NCBI GenBank assembly: GCA_030649135.1
Contig: JAUSGI010000001.1
Location: 1-10,925 of the forward strand
Origin: a bacterium
Lineage (GTDB): Bacteria; Patescibacteriota; Minisyncoccia; Phycocordibacterales; Zambryskibacteraceae
Direction: 5' to 3'
DNA length: 10,925 nucleotides
The translations under genes and the position numbers were made by a program. Below are positions 1 through 6,069 of the stretch, piece after piece. Every line of letters begins with the position of its first letter. Positions within the stretch are counted from its first letter, which is position 1. Under the pieces are notes generated by a model. The model worked only from the letters and a program-made list of their open reading frames with translations. It was not told where the DNA came from and ran no database searches.

Positions 1-84
1 TGTGAGCCTACGGTAAACTCAATGACAAGGACTAAGTCGTAACAAGGCACGGGTAGCGGAAGCTGCTCGTGGAGTAATTCAATT
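1..84 (+). rRNA. rrs: 16S rRNA, 3'-terminal fragment (the gene continues upstream of the window)
   Basis: Contains AAGTCGTAACAAGG, the complement of the universal 1492R site. Next comes CACGGGTAGC-GGAA-GCTGCTCGTG, a 10-bp helix with a GGAA tetraloop homologous to 16S helix 45, maintained by compensatory base changes. TGGA then follows, as in the canonical ...TGGATCACCTCCTTA terminus. Seen directly; the homology is by eye against the E. coli 3' end from memory. Confidence 0.75.
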
Positions 85-93
85 TGAAATCGT

Positions 94-109
94 TGTCTCG
101 ATAGAGACA
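94..109 (+). other. Perfect 6-bp hairpin (TGTCTC-GATA-GAGACA) in the 16S 3' trailer; possible processing stem
   Basis: Inverted repeat seen directly. A second GNRA hairpin, TTCAAC-GCAA-GTTGAA, lies at about 148-163. The function is inferred. Confidence 0.3.
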
Positions 110-221
110 GCTTATAGTGTCGATATTTCAACGCAAGTTGAAGTGGACAATTGCGCCAGTCCTAAAAGACGCATGACAATACGGAAAGACGTTACGGAAC
201 AAAATAGAGAACGATATTAAG

Positions 222-246
222 AAAACCGCCGCAAGGCGGTTTTCTT
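222..246. terminator. Bidirectional intrinsic terminator shared by the 16S transcript (+) and tRNA-Ile (-)
   Basis: AAAA-CCGCC-GCAA-GGCGG-TTTTCTTGTT. A GC stem with a GCAA tetraloop is flanked by an A-tract on one side and a T-tract on the other, so it can terminate on either strand. Confidence 0.7.
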
Positions 247-253
247 GTTGAAG

Positions 254-326
254 TGCGCGCACTAGGGGTCGAACCTAGGACCTTTCGAGTATCAGTCGAA
301 TGCTCTACCAACTGAGCTATGCGCGC
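254..326 (-). tRNA. tRNA-Ile (anticodon GAT), 73 nt, CCA not encoded
   Basis: The reverse complement folds into a canonical cloverleaf. The acceptor is GCGCGCA/TGCGCGC and the D arm is GCTC-AGTTGGTA-GAGC. The anticodon stem is TTCGA/TCGAA with loop CTGATAC (U33, GAU, A37). The T arm is CTAGG-TTCGACC-CCTAG, and the discriminator is A. Confidence 0.9.
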
Positions 327-352
327 GGACAAAACACACAATATCAAGAAAA

Positions 353-380
353 TTGCTCTTTCACAATACGTTGGTATAAT
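353..380 (+). promoter_or_regulatory. Sigma70-type promoter with extended -10: TTGCTC -35, 16-nt spacer, TGgTATAAT
   Basis: TTGCTC is at 353-358 and TGGTATAAT at 372-380. The predicted TSS at about 387-388 falls 1-2 nt before ATG 389, giving a leaderless configuration. Confidence 0.5.
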
Positions 381-388
381 GTCCTTTA

Positions 389-646
389 ATGCCGAAAAAT
401 AAGATTATCATCGCCCTAGGATTACTGATAGCGCTTCTGCCGCTTCTCGGGTTTCCTCGTCTCTGGGAGTCATTTTTCCAAGTAGCGACCGGGCTATCCA
501 TAGTACTTATTCTTGTCTGGGCTAGTATAGATAAACGTCTTTCTCTTAAGGCTAAAGCTCAAAGGCGCCAAATTCATAAACGCCGACAAGCAGAGATAGA
601 AGCCAGCAGGGCGACAGAATCCATCGTTCAGGAAGAAATACTCTGA
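389..646 (+). CDS. Small membrane protein, 85 aa, with two predicted TM helices and a basic C-terminal tail
   Basis: Supplied ORF. Hydrophobic stretches IIIALGLLIALLPLLGF and VATGLSIVLILVWA are followed by a Lys/Arg-rich tail. The stop TGA at 644-646 lies 1 nt before the next ATG, so the genes are coupled. A promoter sits immediately upstream. Confidence 0.45.
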   Translation: MPKNKIIIALGLLIALLPLLGFPRLWESFFQVATGLSIVLILVWASIDKRLSLKAKAQRRQIHKRRQAEIEASRATESIVQEEIL

Positions 647-647
647 C

Positions 648-1814
648 ATGTCGTGGTTCAAGCGAAGTCTCGTATCGGTTACCGCGGCAAGTTTCGCCAT
701 TTTTCTTATCACTATTCTGTTGCCATCGTTTTTCGAATCTACTTATGATGCATCAACCTCTCTCACGAATCAGCCCCAAGTAGCATCTGTTCAAGCTGTG
801 GTAGTCAGTCACCAAGAGACCCCCGTACCTCTTAGGGCGCTTTACATGACTGCTTGCGTGGCCGGTACTCCGTCCTGGCGCGAGAATTTGAAAAAACTGG
901 TTGAGACAACCGAACTCAATGCCGTGGTGATAGATATCAAAGATTACACAGGAGTGGTCTCTTTTCCCAACGAATTTCCCAAGACGAATCTTGGCCACGG
1001 GTGTGTAGTTTCCGATATGTCTGAATTTATACAAACGCTTCATGATACTAAGATTTATGTCATTGGACGCATCTCCGTTTTCCAGGACCCTTCTTACACC
1101 AAACTTTTTCCCGCACTCGCAGTTAGAAAGAAAAGTGATGGTGAAGTCTGGAAGGATTATAAGGGTCTTTCTTTTATTGATGTCGGGGCGAAGCCTTATT
1201 GGGATTATATTGTGGCAATTTCGGAAGAGGCTTACGCACTCGGATTTGATGAGCTCAATTATGACTATGTTCGCTATCCTTCCGATGGCAATATAAAAGA
1301 CGCACTCTATACTTGGGCTGTCGGTACGACTACAAAGCCGGAGATGCTTGAAAGTTTTTTTGAATATCTGAAAGATAATTTGGAACATACGGGAGCCAAA
1401 CTTTCTGTCGACCTTTTCGGCATGACCACTACCGTGGAGAATGATATGAATATTGGACAAGTGCTTGAACTGGCCTTGCCTTATTTTGATTATGTCAGCC
1501 CGATGGTTTATCCTTCGCACTATCCTCCCACGTGGAACGGTTTTGCCAAACCTGCCGAGCACCCGTATGAAGTAGTGAAATTTGCTATGGCAAGAGGCAT
1601 GGAACGCGAACGAACTTTAAATACAGCAAACGGCCTAGCCACATCCACTCCGTCCAAACTTCGGCCTTGGTTACAGGACTTCAATCTCGGTGCGACTTAT
1701 GGACCGGACAAAGTCCGTGCCCAAATCCAAGCAACTTATGATGTCGGTCTCTCAAGTTGGATGATTTGGAACGCGGGGAATAAATATACCACTTCCGCGC
1801 TTTTACCGGAGTAG
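648..1814 (+). CDS. Membrane-anchored TIM-barrel putative glycoside hydrolase (DUF4015/GHL-like family), 388 aa
   Basis: Supplied ORF. An N-terminal signal-anchor helix is present. Motifs NAVVIDIKDYTG and ELNYDYVRYPSDG are typical of the putative-glycosyl-hydrolase DUF4015/GHL families (family assignment from memory, moderate). Codon usage matches the rest of the window. Confidence 0.8.
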   Translation: MSWFKRSLVSVTAASFAIFLITILLPSFFESTYDASTSLTNQPQVASVQAVVVSHQETPVPLRALYMTACVAGTPSWRENLKKLVETTELNAVVIDIKDYTGVVSFPNEFPKTNLGHGCVVSDMSEFIQTLHDTKIYVIGRISVFQDPSYTKLFPALAVRKKSDGEVWKDYKGLSFIDVGAKPYWDYIVAISEEAYALGFDELNYDYVRYPSDGNIKDALYTWAVGTTTKPEMLESFFEYLKDNLEHTGAKLSVDLFGMTTTVENDMNIGQVLELALPYFDYVSPMVYPSHYPPTWNGFAKPAEHPYEVVKFAMARGMERERTLNTANGLATSTPSKLRPWLQDFNLGATYGPDKVRAQIQATYDVGLSSWMIWNAGNKYTTSALLPE

Positions 1815-1815
1815 C

Positions 1816-1844
1816 TTGACAATACCTTCTCTAAGGTGTATAAT
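1816..1844 (+). promoter_or_regulatory. Perfect consensus sigma70 promoter: TTGACA, 17-nt spacer, TATAAT, with TG immediately 5' of the -10
   Basis: TTGACA is at 1816-1821 and TATAAT at 1839-1844. The predicted TSS is at about 1851. Confidence 0.7.
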
Positions 1845-1891
1845 ACTAAGAGACGTAGAATTGGCCGAATTTCCGCTAAGGAGAGCTTAAA

Positions 1892-2236
1892 ATGCTCGCT
1901 TCCACGAAACCCAACAAGGTAAAGCTGTACCGGCATCCCGGACAGGTAACCTCGAGTCTGACTGTGCGCCGAATTCTCTTCGACTTCGAGAAGATGGGGG
2001 TTAAGTGTCTGAGTATCGAGGACGACATCGTGAAGGGGTGGTGCCGCAATCCGGCGACCTACCCGCAGGAATTCCGCGACAAGGTCCTCTACCTCGGGGG
2101 GAAGACCGAGGTTCGAGGAGGCTGCGAGTCGGTACCCTGCCTGACGTGGTTTCCAGGCCTGGTGTCCGAGAAGTGGCTGCCGCTCGATACCAAGATCGGA
2201 GACACGTTCGTTGTCGCTCGACTGGCATCGTTCTAG
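1892..2236 (+). CDS. Hypothetical 114-aa protein encoded in a GC-rich, compositionally foreign island; Cys-containing, no recognisable family
   Basis: A strong SD, AAGGAGAG at 1878-1885, lies 8 nt before ATG 1892, which is the first in-frame start after a TAA. Codon third positions are about 77% G/C while the region is about 58% GC. That period-3 bias argues for coding rather than ncRNA. The stop TAG at 2234-2236 comes just before the terminator. Confidence 0.7.
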   Translation: MLASTKPNKVKLYRHPGQVTSSLTVRRILFDFEKMGVKCLSIEDDIVKGWCRNPATYPQEFRDKVLYLGGKTEVRGGCESVPCLTWFPGLVSEKWLPLDTKIGDTFVVARLASF

Positions 2237-2246
2237 TTCTGCAGTT

Positions 2247-2290
2247 CGCCCGGCACCCACGCAAGTGAGTGCCGGGCGGTTTTGTTTTTT
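2247..2290 (+). terminator. Strong rho-independent terminator
   Basis: CGCCCGGCAC (2247-2256) pairs perfectly with GTGCCGGGCG (2269-2278) as a 10-bp stem with a 12-nt loop. GTTTTGTTTTTT follows. Confidence 0.85.
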
Positions 2291-2292
2291 GT

Positions 2293-2300
2293 TGTATAAT
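2293..2300 (+). promoter_or_regulatory. TGTATAAT extended -10-like element 7 nt upstream of the ATPase ATG; a leaderless configuration, and a direct repeat of 1837-1844
   Basis: The 8-mer is identical to the one in the consensus promoter at 1837-1844. There is no good -35 upstream, because that region is the terminator stem. Confidence 0.4.
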
Positions 2301-2307
2301 TAGCGCG

Positions 2308-3978
2308 ATGGCAGATTCGCCAAAAGACCAAGTAATATATTTTGCCGAGACAGACTCGCGTAATAACCGCAAGAAGTTTGGAATTAAGACCGAAGATCGC
2401 TCCAAACATGTCTATGTCATAGGTAAGACCGGCATGGGCAAGTCCACGCTTCTTGAGAACATGGCTATTCAGGATATTCAAAATGGCAACGGTATTGCTT
2501 TCATCGACCCTCATGGCGGTACGGCAGAAAAACTTTTGGATTTTGTGCCCAAAGAGCGCATCAAGGATGTGTTGTATTTCGCTCCTTTTGATACTGAATA
2601 TCCGGTTGCCTTTAACGTCATGGAAGATGTCGGCGCCAACAAACGGCATCTAGTAGTCAGCGGTCTTATGAGCGCCTTCATGAAGCTCTTCGGGGAAGAG
2701 AGTTTTTCCGACAGAATGCAGTACATTCTCCAGAATACCATTCTTGCTCTTCTTGAGTATCCCGGTTCGACCATGCTCGGTATCAATAAAATGCTCGTTG
2801 ATAAGGAATATCGAAAAAATGTAATAGCGAATATTACTGATCCGTCGGTTAAGGCCTATTGGACACAGGAATATGCCGGTTACACAGAACGTTTCGCCGC
2901 AGAAGCTATACCCGCCATTCAGAACAAGATAGGCCAGTTCACATCAAATCCACTCATCAGAAATATCATTGGTCAAGAGAAATCCAGTTTCAATCTTCGA
3001 AAAATCATGGACGAGAAGAAGATTGTAATCGTCAATCTTTCCAAAGGCCGCGTAGGTGAAGACAATGCCCGCCTGCTTGGCTCGATGTTAATTACCAAAA
3101 TATATCTGGCGGCCATGTCACGCGCCGACGAGCGCGCCTCCTCGCTTGCCAAGCTCCCGCCATTTTTTCTGTACGTAGACGAATTCCAATCATTTGCCGA
3201 CAAGTCCTTCGCCGATATTTTGTCGGAAGCTCGCAAATATAAACTCAACCTGACCATGGCTCATATGTATATAGAACAGATGGAAGAAGAAGTGCGCGAT
3301 GCCGTCTTCGGCAACGTCGGCACCATGATAGTCTTCCGCGTGGGGGCTTACGACGCCGATGTATTGGAAAAGGAATTTGCCCCGGTTTTTATTGCAGAGG
3401 ATTTGGTCAACTTGGGATTGCGCCAAATCTACCTCAAACTGATGATAGACTCGGTGGCATCGCCGCCATTCTCCGCCACCACCATGCCGCCAATGCAGTC
3501 TTCAGAGGTTTCCCACACGGAGGAAATTATAGAATATTCTCGCAAGACCTTCGCCCAGCCAAGAAGTGAGGTTGAGAAACGTATCACCGACTGGCATGAA
3601 GCAGGCCGAGTGGCGGTAAAGACCGCTCCGCCCAGAGTGTTTAGCGCGCCTCCGATAGTTAAACCACAGGAGAAAAGACCGATAGAGAAAGTAATCTTAC
3701 CTGTCATGCCCGCGCATGCAGGGCAGGTAGGGAGTAAAATAGAACCCAAACCGCTTCCAAGCATTTCTCTCGAAACTCTGAAAAAGAGCACTGATAATCA
3801 GCGCAAGCCGGACGCCAAGCATGTCGCTGACCTGCGAGATGCGCTCAGAGCCATGACAGGGAATCAGCCGAAGCTAGAGACACCACCCCAGCCTCAAGTA
3901 CAACCGGTACACCCCCAGCCGACCATAAAGAAGGAACCTAGTCAGGAAGAGCTCAAAAAAATCCTCGATGTCCAATAA
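2308..3978 (+). CDS. TraG/VirD4/TrwB-like (type IV coupling-protein-like) P-loop ATPase with no N-terminal TM segment and a Pro/Gln-rich disordered C-terminal tail
   Basis: Walker A is VIGKTGMGKST, followed by IAFIDPHGG. Walker B is FFLYVDEFQSF, then NVGTMIVFRVG. This pattern is typical of the VirD4/TraG/DUF87 ATPase family. The start is taken as ATG 2308 (MADSPKDQ...) rather than the track's GTG 2269, which lies inside the terminator hairpin. The stop TAA at 3976-3978 overlaps the next gene. Confidence 0.8.
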   Translation: MADSPKDQVIYFAETDSRNNRKKFGIKTEDRSKHVYVIGKTGMGKSTLLENMAIQDIQNGNGIAFIDPHGGTAEKLLDFVPKERIKDVLYFAPFDTEYPVAFNVMEDVGANKRHLVVSGLMSAFMKLFGEESFSDRMQYILQNTILALLEYPGSTMLGINKMLVDKEYRKNVIANITDPSVKAYWTQEYAGYTERFAAEAIPAIQNKIGQFTSNPLIRNIIGQEKSSFNLRKIMDEKKIVIVNLSKGRVGEDNARLLGSMLITKIYLAAMSRADERASSLAKLPPFFLYVDEFQSFADKSFADILSEARKYKLNLTMAHMYIEQMEEEVRDAVFGNVGTMIVFRVGAYDADVLEKEFAPVFIAEDLVNLGLRQIYLKLMIDSVASPPFSATTMPPMQSSEVSHTEEIIEYSRKTFAQPRSEVEKRITDWHEAGRVAVKTAPPRVFSAPPIVKPQEKRPIEKVILPVMPAHAGQVGSKIEPKPLPSISLETLKKSTDNQRKPDAKHVADLRDALRAMTGNQPKLETPPQPQVQPVHPQPTIKKEPSQEELKKILDVQ

Positions 3979-5062
3979 ACGCATTCTAATATTTTCCCTC
4001 GCATATTATCCGGTGGAAGGCGGTGCAGAGATTGCAGTTAAAGAAATCACCAATCGTATTTCCGACATTGAATTTGACATGATTACTTTGCGTTTCGATC
4101 AGGCACACTTGCCTAAAGAGAAAATAGGGAATTGCACGGTATATCGTATAAACACCTCTAAGAATCTATACCCGTTTAGAGCTTTTTTATTTGCCCGGAA
4201 GTTGCATAAAAACCGGCCATACGATGCTACATGGGCCATTATGGCCAATTGGGCTGGATTTGCTGCGCTCTTTTTCAAGTTTTATTTTCCAAGTGTACCC
4301 TATGCACTCAACCTACAAGAAGGTGATCCCATCTCCTATATCAAACATAAGGTCTGGTTTGTCTACCCCTTGTTCAAAAGGATTTTTCTCTATGCGGACA
4401 TTATCCAGGCCATTTCAAAATATTTAGCAGACTGGGCACGAGAGATGGGTTACGAGGGACGATTAGAAGTGATACCCAACGGAGTAAATGTAAAAAGATT
4501 TGAAAACGAGAATCCAAAAGCTAAAAACGAGACAATCACTCTTATAACCACCTCCCGCCTTGTAGAGAAGAATGCTGTCGGAGATATCATAGATGCTTTA
4601 AAATTCCTGCCAGTGAATATGAAATTAAAGATTCTTGGCACGGGACCACTAGAATCGGATTTGAAGCAAAAAACTAAAGATCAGAGTTTGGAGAGTAGGG
4701 TAGAATTTTTAGGAAATATTCTTAATGATAATCTGCCAAAATATTTACACGAAGCCGATATTTTTATCAGACCATCACTTTCGGAAGGTATGGGCATCTC
4801 GTTTATTGAAGCTATGGCTGCCGGTTTGCCGGTCATTGCCACACCAGTTGGCGGTATTCCGGATTTTCTGAAAGATAGAGAGACTGGACTCTTCTGCAGA
4901 GTTAATGACCCAAAAAGTATTGCAGATAAAGTGATGGAGTATGTAAATAATCCCAAACTGGCATCTCAAATTGTAAAAAATGCAAAAGAAATGGTCGTTA
5001 GGAAATACGACTGGGACTTGATTGCGGAGGAGATGAAAAGGCAAGTTTTTGATAAAGTGTAG
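3968..5062 (+). CDS. GT4-family (GT-B fold) glycosyltransferase
   Basis: EGMGISFIEAMAAGLPVIATPVGGIPDF is an E-X7-E motif in a GT4 C-terminal domain. The start overlaps the upstream stop by 11 nt, consistent with translational coupling. Confidence 0.9.
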   Translation: MSNKRILIFSLAYYPVEGGAEIAVKEITNRISDIEFDMITLRFDQAHLPKEKIGNCTVYRINTSKNLYPFRAFLFARKLHKNRPYDATWAIMANWAGFAALFFKFYFPSVPYALNLQEGDPISYIKHKVWFVYPLFKRIFLYADIIQAISKYLADWAREMGYEGRLEVIPNGVNVKRFENENPKAKNETITLITTSRLVEKNAVGDIIDALKFLPVNMKLKILGTGPLESDLKQKTKDQSLESRVEFLGNILNDNLPKYLHEADIFIRPSLSEGMGISFIEAMAAGLPVIATPVGGIPDFLKDRETGLFCRVNDPKSIADKVMEYVNNPKLASQIVKNAKEMVVRKYDWDLIAEEMKRQVFDKV

Positions 5063-5064
5063 AT

Positions 5065-6069
5065 ATGCGCATTCTTATAGTCACAGGTATATATCCTCCT
5101 GAAATAGGGGGCCCGGCTGAATATGCCCTAAACCTCAAAGATACTTGGGTAAGGCAGGGCCATAAGGTAAAGGTCAAGATTTTTGGCCGATTTAGAAAAA
5201 TTCCATGGGGTATAAGGCATGTAATATTTCTTGTTTATATTTTGCCATCAGTAATGTGGTCAGACTGTATTTTTACACTCGATGCCTTTACTGCGGGAGT
5301 GTCTACTGTGGCCTCAAAGTTATTCAATAAGAAAAACATCTTCCGTACGGGAGGGGACGCGCTCTGGGAGCTATATGTAGAAAGAACGAACGATTTGGTT
5401 TTGTTACGGGATTTTTATAGAACGAGGCTTAAAAAATTGTCTGTGAAAGAGAAAGTAACATTCCATCTGATGAAATGGGCCCTACGAAATTTGTCCGCTA
5501 TTATCTGGAGTACCGAATGGCAGAAGAATATTTTCATGGAGCCGTATCATCTTTCTCGGCAAAACCATTTCATCGTGGAGAATTACTATGGGCCGAAGCT
5601 GGAATCGCGAAGGCCTGCAACCAAGAATTTTATCGCTGGGACTCGAAAGCTGAAATGGAAAAATATCGTGTTAGTTCAAAAAGTTTTTGAGCATAAGGAT
5701 ACCAAAGAGTCCGGAGCTATTTTGGATACTAGCATTGTCCATCACGACGAGTTTCTCAATAAGTTAAGCCAATCTTACGCTGTTATCATCGCCTCGCTAG
5801 GTGATATTAGCCCGAATACGATATTGGATGCCATAAGGTGTGGCAAACCCTTCATTCTGACTAGAGAAAATGGTCTCTACAGCCGTATTAAGGATATCGG
5901 TCTCTTTGTTGATCCCCAAGACGAGGAAGATATCAAAAGCAAGGTCCTTTGGCTCGTGCAAGAGGGCAATTATGCGAGCCAAAAGGCTAAGATTGATAGT
6001 TTCAGCTTCAGTCATACCTGGGAAGAAATTGCCGGAGAGTACATAACAGCTTTTAACTCAATCAAATGA
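5065..6069 (+). CDS. Divergent GT-B fold glycosyltransferase (GT4-like N-terminal domain)
   Basis: MRILIVTGIYPPEIGGPAEY is a typical GT4 N-terminal motif. The C-terminal half is Rossmann-like without a clean EX7E. The ATG lies 2 nt after the upstream TAG. Confidence 0.75.
   Translation: MRILIVTGIYPPEIGGPAEYALNLKDTWVRQGHKVKVKIFGRFRKIPWGIRHVIFLVYILPSVMWSDCIFTLDAFTAGVSTVASKLFNKKNIFRTGGDALWELYVERTNDLVLLRDFYRTRLKKLSVKEKVTFHLMKWALRNLSAIIWSTEWQKNIFMEPYHLSRQNHFIVENYYGPKLESRRPATKNFIAGTRKLKWKNIVLVQKVFEHKDTKESGAILDTSIVHHDEFLNKLSQSYAVIIASLGDISPNTILDAIRCGKPFILTRENGLYSRIKDIGLFVDPQDEEDIKSKVLWLVQEGNYASQKAKIDSFSFSHTWEEIAGEYITAFNSIK

Noticed and set aside
327-385. A minus-strand promoter for tRNA-Ile (TTGTGA ... 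GATATT/TATTGT upstream of the tRNA 5' end)
   Set aside because: The hexamers are poor and the spacing is ambiguous. It may exist as a divergent partner of the + strand promoter, but it is not supportable from the sequence alone.
494-1562. Antisense and alternate-frame ORFs inside the membrane-protein and hydrolase genes (494..712 -, 753..1562 -, 1042..1296 +)
   Set aside because: They lie fully within longer, family-recognisable plus-strand genes and have no independent signals, so they are typical shadow ORFs.
1850-2290. A GC-rich segment bounded by a promoter and a terminator, initially suspected to be a structured ncRNA (RNase P RNA, tmRNA or another large ncRNA)
   Set aside because: It has no RNase P P4 motifs (GGAAAGUCCGG / ACAGAAxCCGGCUUA) and no tmRNA 5' GGGG or tRNA-like 3' end. 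It does show a clear period-3 G/C bias, a canonical SD-ATG, and a stop placed just before the terminator. A protein-coding reading is better supported.
1845-2292. Terminal inverted repeats or a transposase that would mark the island as an IS or MITE
   Set aside because: Comparing the first and last 15 nt of the island on both strands shows no convincing inverted repeat. No transposase ORF is present. Only the 8-bp flanking direct repeat is seen.
2269-2307. GTG start at 2269 for the ATPase ORF as given by the track (MPGGFVFCCIISAMADS...)
   Set aside because: Codons 2269-2290 lie inside the terminator stem and U-tract of the upstream gene. ATG 2308 with an upstream TGTATAAT is the more plausible start.
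1736-2405. Long ORFs in other frames and strands across the GC-rich island (1736..2260 -, 2001..2405 -, 2005..2268 +)
   Set aside because: GC-rich DNA is stop-poor in all frames. Only the 1892..2236 frame has SD and ATG spacing, a GC3 bias, and a stop adjacent to the terminator.
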